Counted from the first letter of the whole stretch, positions 46,706 through 59,067 are shown. The stretch: DNA of 63,728 nucleotides, filler included, from Stramenopiles sp. TOSAG23-2 (GCA_900128395.1; 33 parts of 33 records of this genome joined end to end with filler, not necessarily neighbours in it); one strand, 5' to 3'. Notes: a model not told the origin generated them from the letters alone. Translations and numbers: made by a program.

Positions 46706-48351
46706 ATGTTAGCAAAACATCATCATGGAAAAGGACAAATACGTGTTATGAAAGTATTTCGTCAACCAGATAAACATTATGTAAAGCAATTTCTTGTGGA
46801 AACTAATTTATTTGGACCAGTTGATGAATGTTTCTTAGAAGGAGACAATGGTGGTATTGTTGCAACGGATACACAAAAAAACACTGTTTTCTGCATGTTG
46901 AAGAAGTTAACATTTGAAAGAAACTCCGCGGAAGATTTTGCTATGTTAATTTCGAAACATTTCGTAACTACATACCCGAAATTTATTCATCAATGCAAAG
47001 TTATTGTACATGAAGAGACATGGGAAAGAGTTGATGGCCATATGTCAAAAAATGAAAATCAACGCTTGAATCATCATCATGGATTTATAAAAATTGGCCC
47101 TCATCAAAACTATGCAGAAACATATGCATATCGTGATTTTAAGGATGGGGAAAAAATTAAAATTAAATATTTAAAAGCAGGTGTTCGTTCTTTAACTGTA
47201 TTGAAAACGACGCAATCTGGATTTGCAAACTTTGTACGAGATCAATATACTGCATTGCCAGAATGCGATGAAAGATTATTAGCTACGTCAATTGATTCTA
47301 CATGGGAATATGATCGTGCAACGATTGAATTTGCACAAGATTATGATGCATTAAAATTTCAAATTAAACGTGAAATGCTTGATGGATTTGCTGGACCAGC
47401 AGATACGGGAAAGTTCAGTGCAAGTTTACAAGAAACTGCATATGAAATGGGTCGTAAAGTATGCAAAAAAGTGCCTGGTGTTAGTTCCATCACCTTATTT
47501 TTGCCAAATATACACAATATACCATTTAATTTCAACCCATTTGGTTTAGAAAATAAAGATCATACCGGGGAACCTGATATTTTTTGGGTAACAAAAGAAC
47601 CTTTTGGAATCATACAAGCGACAGTTGTACAACCAAAAGAAAAAAAAGATGTAAAATCATTGCTTGGTAATATGGAGAAACATGTACCATATTACAATGA
47701 ATATATTTCAAAAAATCTTTCAATGCGTTTGTTACAAGAATCAAATGATGTTCCAAATGTACCAAATTTAGTATCGATTGGCAATGGACCACCAATATTT
47801 AATAACAACAATTTAAATGATGGTGAAATTACAAATGCATTATCATTTTTATGTGAAATATATAATGATTCATGGAAGAATTTAGCAAATATTTTAGACC
47901 AACGCGAGAAAGATCGTAAATTTATCGATCAACGTGTTCAAGCGTATGAAAAATTACCTTTGAAAATTCAAGAAAAAAGACCATTATATGAAGAAATAAT
48001 TGGACAACAAGATGCCTCTAATCGAGTTGTTATTGGTAAATTGAAGGATGATTTTTACAAAGCAACACCAAATAGTGACGTGAAAGAATTACCTGAATAT
48101 TTAACTGGTCCACACGTAACAATATTTGGGACTGCCGGGTCAAAGAAAGAAAAAGATGATGCTATGAACGTATATTCTAATAGTATATTAGAAAATGAAC
48201 CGGAGATTATGAAACAATTGCTGAAACGACAAGCTGAAACAGCAACGTCGACTACTCTCATGAAATGGGGAGCTGATTTGGAAGATTCACAAACTCCATC
48301 GAAACGTAATTTTTTAAATTCACAAGAAAATTTAAATGATGGTTTCCAACA
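46706..48351 (+). CDS. UOX: Urate oxidase (aa ~1-310) fused to a malate-synthase-like domain (from aa ~323); 3' truncated by contig end
   Basis: Uricase motifs HGK, IVATDTQKNT, VLKTTQSGF, YTALPE..ERLLAT, SASLQET, LPNIH and EPFGIIQATV. The frame continues without a stop into ALSFLCEIY..ILDQREKDRKFIDQRV..LPEYLTGPHVTIFG..AMN..KWGADLEDSQTP. Confidence 0.85.
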
Positions 48352-48802
48352 NNNNNNNNNNNNNNNNNNNNNNNNNNNNNNNNNNNNNNNNNNNNTTAAT
48401 TAATTAANNNNNNNNNNNNNNNNNNNNNNNNNNNNNNNNNNNNNNNNNNNNTACTGCTGTGTGCGTCTGTGTTAGTGGAGAGTATGTGTTTGTAAAAAAA
48501 ATACTGAGTAAAGAATACAATATTACACAAAGAGCGTTTGTAAAAAAATCTTTTCTAGAGTAATAATTTATTATTATGATACGCGAAACGTGCGTAATAA
48601 TTAAAAATAAAAAAAAAAGTAAAAAATCTTTTTTGTGTACAAACGTCAAATGTAAAATATTTTTGGTGTTTATTACTTTAACACGTCATTTTACACACAC
48701 ACTAAAGCGACAGAGAGGTTTATTTTTCACACTTTTCCATATACTACACACACGCACACCTCCTTTCTCTCTCTCTCTCTCTTATATATCAATATATCTT
48801 AA

Positions 48803-49681
48803 TCAAGATACAACTGATGTTTTACCACTCTCTAAAATAACTGTCGTATCCAAAACACCATCACCTGTCGTATCTAATAATTTCGTATCAATTATACCAT
48901 CACGATTGGTATCAAGTGCATCCACAATTCCATCCCCAGAAGTATCAAATCCTGTAATACCACTTCCTAATTTTACAATAGGTATCATTTTTTCGTTATT
49001 TACACCAGGATTCTTAGTATGTTTAATAATACTTCCCATACCACGATGCTTTCTACTATTTTTATAAACCATTTTCGTAGCTTTAGAACGTGCCATAAAA
49101 CGATGATGAGTTACGATTGAATCTAACGTATCAAAGAAATCCTCAATACTGATTTTTTCAAGGTTCTTTGATTTATCTTTCTTTCCTTTTGTTATATGGT
49201 CAATAAATGCTTGTCTCAGTTCCTCTTTATTATGAAATTTGAAATGTCTTACACTTTGTTCTCTTAAAAAATCATTGAAATATTCAACATGATCAACGAT
49301 GGTAATCATTTTCAATGCGTCATTTCCATGGTCTGTAACAATATCATAATCCATCTGCCCATTGAAGCCACCAACTTGAAAATGAGACAATTGTTGGAAT
49401 AAAGTTGATATACGAAACGCTTCTTCCGTCTTTTGTAATTTTTCCAGTTCTTTTTCTTTCTTCTTTCTAGTTTCAGAAAATCGTTTCCATAGACTTGTCC
49501 AACGTTGACAAACAAAGAACAAATCATAGACATCAAATTCCATATTCAATATATGATCAAAATCATCATCATCTTTACCAAACAATGTCCCTAGATCATC
49601 ATCGCCAAATATTTTATTTAACTCTACTTGTATTAATTCTTGTTGTTCTTCTTCACCACCTTCCTCTGCTATGACACCATC
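48803..49681 (-). CDS. Hypothetical protein (probable last exon) with C-terminal DxxGDG Ca-binding-like repeats
   Basis: DTSGDGIVD, DTNRDGIID and DTTGDGVLD. The frame extends to an AG near 49682, and the upstream ORF 50059-50276 may be an earlier exon (splicing unresolved). Confidence 0.6.
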   Translation of the reverse strand, partial: DGVIAEEGGEEEQQELIQVELNKIFGDDDLGTLFGKDDDDFDHILNMEFDVYDLFFVCQRWTSLWKRFSETRKKKEKELEKLQKTEEAFRISTLFQQLSHFQVGGFNGQMDYDIVTDHGNDALKMITIVDHVEYFNDFLREQSVRHFKFHNKEELRQAFIDHITKGKKDKSKNLEKISIEDFFDTLDSIVTHHRFMARSKATKMVYKNSRKHRGMGSIIKHTKNPGVNNEKMIPIVKLGSGITGFDTSGDGIVDALDTNRDGIIDTKLLDTTGDGVLDTTVILESGKTSVVS

Positions 49682-50375
49682 TAGCTCTTAAATTATTTTA
49701 ACACGATTGATGATATATATATATTATATCTGTCTTTAAAATATATATATATTTAAATTGAATTGAATTAAAATATTTGTTTTTTCATGACATGTGCACC
49801 ACATGAACACATGTCCATTAAATAAAATGTATCTGATACCAAGTATAATCATTAAAATGTTTCTAATGTTTTAAAAAAATGTATTTTTTTTGTATAACGT
49901 TTTTTGCTGTTGTTTTGTTGATGGGGGGCATGAGCTATAATACCTTAAATATATTTGTGACATAGTATTGACATGCTATTCTTCATTTGAGAAAGGTGTT
50001 ACAAATCGGATTTTATTCATCATCACCCCTCTCCCAGCTCTCAAATATGATTAGACGACTATACTACTTCTTCCAAACGATCCAAGCTAGATTGCAATAA
50101 CGATAAAGTTTTTCGGTTTAAATGCGTTTTGTCACTATCATAAATCGGATTTAATACCCTGGTTTCATTATTGAATTCAACCTCTTCCTCGTTACCTCTT
50201 GTTGTTGCACTGTTATTATACCCAGCATCAACATCATCATCAACAATATACAAGTCATCAATAAAATCTAAATAANNNNNNNNNNNNNNNNNNNNNNNNN
50301 NNNNNNNNNNNNNNNNNNNTTAATTAATTAANNNNNNNNNNNNNNNNNNNNNNNNNNNNNNNNNNNNNNNNNNNN

Positions 50376-52199
50376 ATTTCACATCTTTTGGGCATGTCCA
50401 AACATCATCATAATCTTTACATAAATCAGCGCCGTTAGGACAACTATTTATGTTCCTTCCAGTAATAGTGCATTCTTCATAATTTTTACCACTATACATT
50501 TGATTTACTTCATATGCTTCACAATTAGGGTCGTGTAGACAAATTTCTTTACACATTTTATGCGGCACCTCCGTCTTGCATAAATTTGGTCGATTGTAAT
50601 TATTCCACCAACAGCCATGGCGCCATCTGCAATGCCTTGTTCTACGGCGTTTGCATATACGGTTCTTATATTCCTTAAAATCAGAAGATTGGCCATCGCG
50701 TACATTTGCAATTGGTTTTGAACTATAATGGGTATATTTATCACCACCACTTCTGACAAATACTTGAGACATGAAGTGTTTATCCATTTGTAAACGAAAT
50801 GGACGCCATCGCGTACATTTGCAATTGGTTTTGAACTATAATGGGTATATTTATCACCACCACTTCTGACAAATACTTGAGACATGAAGTGTTTATCCAT
50901 TTGTAAACGAAATGGACTTTGTCTATCATGCCAACTTTTGCATGACCATCTACTAGCTGCTAAGTGATCTTTGCTGTAACTGTGCCAAGCATCGCTGCTA
51001 TTTACACGACACCAAACGGTTTCTCGCTCATTCTCTGATTCTTGGGTATTGATCCAAAATGCTTTCTTAGCAATACCTGGACGTGCACCCCATGGTAAAA
51101 TGCCATTTTGGCCTAATTCAACTGCGGTTGGCCAATTGGAATCGTCAAAATCTTTATTTGCAAAGATTTTTTGTTCCTCATCCGTTAAGAAACTTTTACA
51201 TTTCCATGTAGAACTTGTAACCAACGAATCACCGAATGAACCTATTACACCCATTTTCGCGCCTGCAGCACTTTCAATTTTCAATCCAAATATTTCAGTT
51301 TTTGCATCTACACGATAGCGATATGTATCTTTTGCTGGTCCCCACCAATCAACACGATCACCGACTTGTTTACCATCTGCATATAAGGTTACACCTTTAT
51401 CACCTACTAAACGTACGGGCCATCCACCTGTAACAACTTTGATATCATCAATTGCAAATTGGTCGCAACAATAACATGTGTGGCGTTTTTGGTAAAAGCG
51501 CAAGTGGACAGATGCATTCATTGCTTGTTGTGGTATCCTTGCCGTCATGTACCTCCATTTGTTTAAAAAGCCACTGTAAACATTCGCTGGATATGCTTTT
51601 AACTGCTTCCATGCTTTTGTATTATTATCTAAACATAGCATTCCTGCGTCAATAGTCACGTTTTCCCGGGCTTCTGGATCTACACAGTATTGCAATATAG
51701 GATCAAGAGGTTGTGGACGTTTCAACGCAGCTTCGGCTACTAGTTCTAATTTTTCATCAGCTTCATCAGCTTTTGCTTCGTGGTATGCTTCCTCAATTTC
51801 TTCATTAGCTTCGGAAACAGCATTTTTTTGAACTTTGTCATCGTCAACCATAGTCATGTCCTCAACACAATTGTTCAATGCTTCTTCCGTAGTTGGTGCA
51901 GGTTTCTTCGCTTTACACTTTGCAATGGCTTGTGCCTTCCTCAATTTCTTCATTAGCTTCGGAAACAGCATTTTTTTGAACTTTGTCATCGTCAACCATA
52001 GTCATGTCCTCAACACAATTGTTCAATGCTTCTTCCGTAGTTGGTGCAGGTTTCTTCGCTTTACACTTTGCAATGGCTTGTGCTTTTGTTAACTTAGCCT
52101 TAACTTGGCCAGCTTTCTTATTCATGATTTTATCGCTTGCAAACTCTTGTGCCAATTGCTCTGTAGCCATTTGTATACGTTGCATTGCTGTCATTTTTG
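50376..52199 (-). CDS. Internal fragment of a large Cys-rich extracellular protein (reelin-like, lectin-like and PAN/apple-like modules)
   Basis: HLRFYQ..DQFAIDDI, WKC..FDDSNWPTAVELGQNGILPWG..AFWI..VWCR and CKEICLHDPNCEAYE. The three tracked ORFs join after removing 148-bp and 113-bp tandem duplications. Confidence 0.7.
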
Positions 52200-52308
52200 N
52201 NNNNNNNNNNNNNNNNNNNNNNNNNNNNNNNNNNNNNNNNNNNTTAATTAATTAANNNNNNNNNNNNNNNNNNNNNNNNNNNNNNNNNNNNNNNNNNNNA
52301 AATATACT

Positions 52309-54122
52309 ATGGCAGATCATGTAACTAAATTTCAAGATGAAGCATATGCTGATTTATTAAAACAAGGTTACGAGACAAATGATTTAATAAGTTCAAATGA
52401 TATTATCAATACACCACCACCATCTTTTACTAATAAAAATAATATTATCAGCCCAGATGATATTGGCTTTGATAATAACGACGAAGAAGGTGAATTACGT
52501 GCAGTTCAACGCAAATATCATAATCAACTTGATTTAAATACTTCCTTAATGCAAGAAGTAGAAAAAATAACGAAAGAAAACAACCAGCATTTAACAGAAT
52601 TGAAAGAAAAAGAGCGTACGTTGCAAACGGTTATGCATACGTTAGATGAAGTACGTCGACAAAATGTGCGACATTCAGAAAGCAACGAAAGGTTCCAATC
52701 AATGCAATCAAGACAACGCCGTACTGAACAAGAAATTAAAATACAGTTAACCGTAAGTGAACGTAAACGAGAATCGTTGGAAAATGTATTAAAAGCTACG
52801 CGCAAAGAATTGGCGACAGTTAAAGAGCGACGTGCTGCTACTGAGGACAAATTGCGTAAACTAGAAGAGAAGCATAACGAAATGCATATTATACATCAAA
52901 ATACAAAGAAAGAACATGGTACGTTGCCAGTAAAAATATCACACTTAGAATCTACGGTAAAAAGTTTAGAAGCAGATATCGTACGTCTTGGCAAAGAAAA
53001 AGATGATATCAGTTTCAATTTAGACAATACGACGACGGAATTAGGCAAAGCACAAAGTGAATCAAGGCGTTATCAACGGGAACGCAATCAGTTGGAAAAA
53101 GAATTATTACGTGTTACGGAACATAGCAAACGCCAAGATGATAATGAAAAACGTTTACAAATTTCCATAGAAACATTGAGGCAATCATTAATACAACAAC
53201 ATACGGAATATGATAAAGTGAAAGTGGAATTAGATGCAAGTAGACGAAGGGATGAGGAAACGAACAATCGAATGAAAGCACAAAATGAGCGTGTCATTAG
53301 TACTGAATTAAGTTTACGAAATGTAAGAAATCAATTTGAAGATCATCAAGAGAAAACGATGGCGTTGCGTCAAAAATATGTAAATGAAAAAATTGCATTG
53401 GAAAATAAAATTTTGCAATTAAAAAATGAAATGCAAGAAGCAATTAATGATATGCGGGAAAAAGAAATATCACATGGAAAACATTTAAAAGTAGCACAAG
53501 AGGAATATAGAGAAAAAGAATCACGGATGGATGCACAATATGTCAATTTACAAAACGAATACACCGCATTGAATAAATTATTAGAAAGCGTACAAAACGA
53601 TAAGGCGTTGAAAATGAAAGAATTTGAAAAAGAACGTGAAGCATTTCGTGAGAAATTGAATCAAATTACTCAACTTCGTCAATTGGAAGCAGATTCCTTT
53701 CATGAAAGTGAATCACAATATAAAATACAACGTGCACGATTAGGGGATGATATACAACGAATGTTGAAAATGAAAGAATTTGAAAAAGAACGTGAAGCAT
53801 TTCGTGAGAAATTGAATCAAATTACTCAACTTCGTCAATTGGAAGCAGATTCCTTTCATGAAAGTGAATCACAATATAAAATACAACGTGCACGATTAGG
53901 AGATGATATACAACGAATGGAGGAAGACATGCAAGCGGTATTATCATCGCACGTTCATGAAATGACTGCATTGTCATCGGAAAATGGTAAATTGAAACGA
54001 GATGCAGAAATTAATATGGAAGAAATCACGGATTTAAAAAATAAAATCGATATGTTTAAAAAACAACTATATCAATTTCAAGATGATATTGTCAAACCAA
54101 TTAAACAATATGCAAAATCATT
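52309..54122 (+). CDS. Long coiled-coil protein, 3' truncated
   Basis: More than 600 open codons rich in E/K/Q/R heptads, with a 156-bp in-frame tandem duplication. Confidence 0.85.
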
Positions 54123-54222
54123 NNNNNNNNNNNNNNNNNNNNNNNNNNNNNNNNNNNNNNNNNNNNTTAATTAATTAANNNNNNNNNNNNNNNNNNNNNN
54201 NNNNNNNNNNNNNNNNNNNNNN

Positions 54223-54951
54223 TTGTTTTATTTATACGAATATCTAATGATTTATTATGATATTCTAATGCTTCATCGTGTTTATTTTGTGAATGATAAA
54301 CTGATCCTATATTATTATATGATATTGCAACATCATGGTGCTCTTTACCTAATATGTTTATATGAATATCTAATGCTTTATTATGATATTTTAATGCTTC
54401 ATCATATTTATTTTGTTTCTCATAAACTAATCCTATATTATTATAAGATTGTGCAACATCATGATGATCATTACCTAATTTATTTATACGAATAATGCTA
54501 TATTAATATATATATCTGAAACATGAGGATGATCATTACCAAATTTGTCTATACAAATATCTAATGATTTATTATGATATTCTAATGCTTCATCATATTT
54601 ACCTTGTTTCTCGTAAACTATTGCTATATTATCGCATGATGTTGCTACACCTTCTTCACTTTGCATTTTTTTTGCAGCTTTCAATGCACGTTTATGACTT
54701 TTTTTTGCAGCTTTCAAATTGTACACATGTGCCTGTGAATCCCCTTTCTCCTTATAAGTTTCATATTTCTTTTTACCTTTCTTGACTTTCATCACTTTGC
54801 ATTCCTTTTTATGACCATTATCCCAGTGAATTTTTGCACATTTTGCATCACAATAATAGACGCTTCTACAATTTGCACAACATTTTAATTTCAAATCACT
54901 TTCTTTACCACATGCATCACATGTCCATGTTTCTACTGTTAACGATGCCAT
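54223..54951 (-). CDS. MYND zinc finger + 42-aa TPR repeat protein with a frameshifting deletion at ~54493; 3' truncated
   Basis: CDACG..LKCCANCRSVYYCDAKCAKIHW..HKKEC, then repeats of HxxVAxSYNNIGxVYxxQxKYDEALEYHNKSLDI that continue in another frame. Confidence 0.85.
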
Positions 54952-55316
54952 TGTATATATAATATATATATACGTATCTATACACTGTACCTTTTGTTCA
55001 ACCACACTTTACCACTTACTTTTCTTAATGGTGTCTTAGTCATTATGTTTATATACGTATCTATACACTGTACCTTCAACCACACTTTTACCACTTACTT
55101 CTCTTAATGGTGTCTTAGTCATTATGTTTTTAGTTTTTTATTCAAAACATAATATTATATATTCACATATTTTAATGATGTGCATCTTATTGCAGTGCTA
55201 AATGTGTGCTAATCGTATAATGATCTTTTTCTATTTTCGCCTGAGATTTCAAATTTTTCCCCGACGACATAACACAATGCCACAGTAATTACAGTATCAA
55301 ACTTCCCAGGTATATA

Positions 55317-55487
55317 TTTAGTATACCAAATTTATGTATATTTATAGGTAGATAATGGATAATTCATAAAATCCAAAAATGGCCAAATTATGGGTTAATA
55401 CTGAAAATATCTAATAGGAAATATCCGATTTTATTAATATTATTCAATGTCTATACCTATTATATACACATAAATTGGTATACTAAA
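55317..55487. mobile_element. ~170-bp imperfect foldback/MITE-like element
   Basis: TTTAGTATACCAAATTTATGT...ATAGGTA pairs with TACCTAT...ACATAAATTGGTATACTAAA. Confidence 0.45.
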
Positions 55488-56268
55488 GCTATACTTGTTG
55501 AGCAATATGTTTTTGGTGAAAGGTATTCATCCGCGGCTTATTTACAAAAGGATTTGAAAGGGGAAATTGGAATATCTGTTAAAAATAGAAAAAGATCCCT
55601 ATTATATACACATAAATTGGTATACTAAAGCTATACTTGTTGAGCAATATGTTTTTGGTGAAAGGTATTCATCTTCCGCGGCTTATTTACAAAAGGATTT
55701 GAAAGGGGAAATTGGAATATCAGAAAAAATATACATCACATTGAGGTGTGGAAAATTATATTAATATTAATATATATCTAAGTACACTATATATGTATAC
55801 TACTATTTATTTCCTATATCTCCTACTATAAATGCACCAATCAAAAGTTTATAAATTTTGTTGTTTTTCAAAGCTGGCCAGGCTGGGCAAAAGCAAATTT
55901 TAACAGGTACATATCATTATCATAAATTAAAAAAACTAATGAAAAATGAAAAATAATAAATAAAAATTGAATAAATACATTTGAATATGTAACTCTTTTA
56001 CGCAAAAGAAGAAAGAAAGAAAGTCATACACAATTATTACAAAAANNNNNNNNNNNNNNNNNNNNNNNNNNNNNNNNNNNNNNNNNNNNTTAATTAATTA
56101 ANNNNNNNNNNNNNNNNNNNNNNNNNNNNNNNNNNNNNNNNNNNNAGGATAGAATATTATTCTTGCGATTGAGTATTGAGCATATTACTTAGCACGGGAA
56201 GTGTAAAATTATTATAACTTTTAGATTTTAACCATAACTCTAAAAATTTTTACACGCGACCACCTACC

Positions 56269-57871
56269 TTACCTTCCTCCAGTTAATCTTGCAAATACTC
56301 GTGGTAATTTTTTTTTTATCCAAGTACCTAACAACACAAGGGAAACAATCCAAATAAATGGTGCTACTATATAAAAAATTAAAAACCAAAATGGGCTTGC
56401 AACATGTTTACAACGTTGTACCATCTTTGGATCTGGATTATCTGTGACACCAACATTAATCACCTCACACAATCCAAGAAAAGGTTGAACGATTTCAAAG
56501 ATATATCCCATTATTGGTTCGTGTGCACAATAAATCCATAGTGTAAATGGTGTGACTTTCTTCAGCCATTTACTATGCCATGTATTTGTTATACTTGGTA
56601 CTTTCACTATTTTACCATCAAGGATCATAGTCAACATTTTATCAGTATGATATGAACTTAAAAAATCAACAATATGATCATACATGTACCACACGGAGCA
56701 AACTCCTAATGGTAAGGAAAATTTATATAATATAACCTTGGCATCTAAATCCAATATTTTTACTGGTCCTGTACTATCTTCAAATGTAGCAATGATAACT
56801 TTTCCAATATTGAATGAAAGCCATGGGATGACAAAAAATATTAAAGTCCATTTAAATTGAATTTTTCGACCTATATCAATATTATATAAAGCTAATAACG
56901 CACCGGCAGGGAAGAATAAATAACCATCCAAATCCAATATATATAAATTGAAGTATGACAATGGCCATAAATCATATAACCATGGAATAAAAACAATACA
57001 TGGAAAGATCCAAAATTTTAATGTTTTCTTATGTATATAGTAAAACAATGGCGTTTGAAGAATGATAAAAAATAAATCACGTAAATACCATAATGGATAT
57101 GGAACTGGGCTATCAATTATTTTACCTTTTATGGTCCATAAAATTTGTGGAAATTTATATGTATCTGCATGCACTAACCAGTTATGCCATGGCTGTGTGT
57201 GGAGCGTAGCGTATGAATGAGTGATGTGTTAGAGAGGATACCTTTTTTACAGGTTTTAGGGGAATAGAATTTTTACTTACCCATAATTTTTGTGACTTTG
57301 GTATAACTAATAAAATGATCACAACGCAAATATATGCAATGCAATCCCATAGCAAATATGGAATTAAAACCGACTTTATTCGACTGTCAATACGTTTTCC
57401 TATTTTGAAAGCTGGTTGATCATATTTTTTATGCATAAAAAATAAAAATCCAGACATCATAAAAAATATCGGAACAGCAAAACGTAATGCACCGCCTACT
57501 AGAAAATATTGAAATGCAATAACCCCATTTTTTGGATTATATGTTGACGTTGGATGCATCATTCTTGGATATCCATTATATGAGTGGGTATACACCACAG
57601 CTATGATAGACCAGAATTGTAATAACGTTATTTTCGTTGAAACATATTTTGATATTTTTGTTGCTGGTTTTACTCCAAAATATGTAATTGTATTATTGTT
57701 GGCTATATTTCCATTATTTTTATCATTGGTTGATGGATTTTCAATTGTCTTTTCTTCTTGTTGATTACTTTCAGTAGTTTTATCAACATCTTCTCGAAGT
57801 ACATCCTCTTCTTCTCCTTCTTCTGTAGTCAGCAAAGGCTCTGCTAAATTCATTTTCGAAGAACCATTCAT
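56269..57871 (-). CDS. Acyltransferase-3 (OafA-like) multi-pass O-acyltransferase; intron 57193-57280
   Basis: IIAVVYTHS, RFAVPIFFMMSGFLFF, RIKSVLIPYLLW, YPLWYLRDLF and TLWIYCAHEP. GTAAGT...CAG joins QKLW to PWHNWLVHAD. Confidence 0.88.
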
Positions 57872-58068
57872 AGTTGTGGAATATAGCGAATGAAACTTGT
57901 TATATAATATCGATTGTCACAATGGTAGATACATTTTTGTATTTGTGTATTTTGTGTGGTGTGTATANNNNNNNNNNNNNNNNNNNNNNNNNNNNNNNNN
58001 NNNNNNNNNNNTTAATTAATTAANNNNNNNNNNNNNNNNNNNNNNNNNNNNNNNNNNNNNNNNNNNNT

Positions 58069-59067
58069 ATATGCAATTATTGCCAAAGTGAGAAATTTGC
58101 ATTATGTTGTAAATGTAAAGAACAGTGGCATCCAAATTTTTCTGATTGTGATGATGCTAAAAAAAGTCAAAATAACAATAGTAAATCATTAAATTTGATA
58201 AAAGCATCATCAAAACCATGCCCAATATGTAAATATCCAACAACTCGGTATCATTCTCATGGATGTCATCATATAAAACCAAACACTGGATGTGTTTCAT
58301 GTGGATATGATTGGTGTTATGTCTGTAGTGGAGACTATAGAAATTGCGGTTGTGAATATCAAGGCGCATCATGGTGTGATCGAGTTCGGACTAAGAAAGA
58401 TGTTGTGTTTAATGAAGCAGGTTGGCCAGTTAGTGTAACATGTAGATGTCCAATATGCCCAGATTGTAGACTTGGTAAATCGTGCAGAGATTGTGGTGGC
58501 GATTGCCCAGTATGCCAAGGTATTGTGCCACCGGGAAAAATGAAAGTTAGTGAAATGTGGAAAGAAAATGACGGAATTATAACAAAGAAGTATGTATATG
58601 AAGGTCAAATGAAAGATGGTAAACGGCATGGAAAAGGTACAGCGACATATGCTAGAGGTGGTGTATATGTTGGTGAATATAAAGATGATAAGAAAGATGG
58701 AAAAGGTTCATATACATGGGCTAATGGTAATGTATATGTTGGTGAATGGAAAGATGGTAATCCACATGGAAATGGTACATGGACATGTAATAGTGGATCG
58801 AAAAAAGGTGATGTATATGTTGGTGAATGGAAAGATTCTTATTCACATGGAAATGGTACATATACATGGGCTAATGGTAATGTATATGTTGGTGAATATA
58901 AAGATGCTAATTCACATGGAAAAGGTACATATACATGGGCTAAAGGTGCTGTATATGTTGGTGAATGGGAAGATGATAAGCAACATGGATATGGTAAACA
59001 CACTAATGCAGATGGTTCTATCTTTCATGATGGAATGTGGGAATATGGTGAACCGTGCTATGAATGA
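58069..59067 (+). CDS. RBR-type (IBR + RING2) domains fused to MORN repeats; 5' truncated
   Basis: CNYC..CCKCKEQWH..C, then KPCPICK..GCHHI..CVSCGYDWCYVC, then about seven YxGEWKDGxxHGxGTYTWANG repeats. Confidence 0.85.
   Translation: MCNYCQSEKFALCCKCKEQWHPNFSDCDDAKKSQNNNSKSLNLIKASSKPCPICKYPTTRYHSHGCHHIKPNTGCVSCGYDWCYVCSGDYRNCGCEYQGASWCDRVRTKKDVVFNEAGWPVSVTCRCPICPDCRLGKSCRDCGGDCPVCQGIVPPGKMKVSEMWKENDGIITKKYVYEGQMKDGKRHGKGTATYARGGVYVGEYKDDKKDGKGSYTWANGNVYVGEWKDGNPHGNGTWTCNSGSKKGDVYVGEWKDSYSHGNGTYTWANGNVYVGEYKDANSHGKGTYTWAKGAVYVGEWEDDKQHGYGKHTNADGSIFHDGMWEYGEPCYE

Noticed and set aside
44805-48351. Apparent peroxisomal gene cluster (FMO-SKL next to the uricase fusion)
   Set aside because: The genes are on different contigs, adjacent only because contigs are sorted by length.
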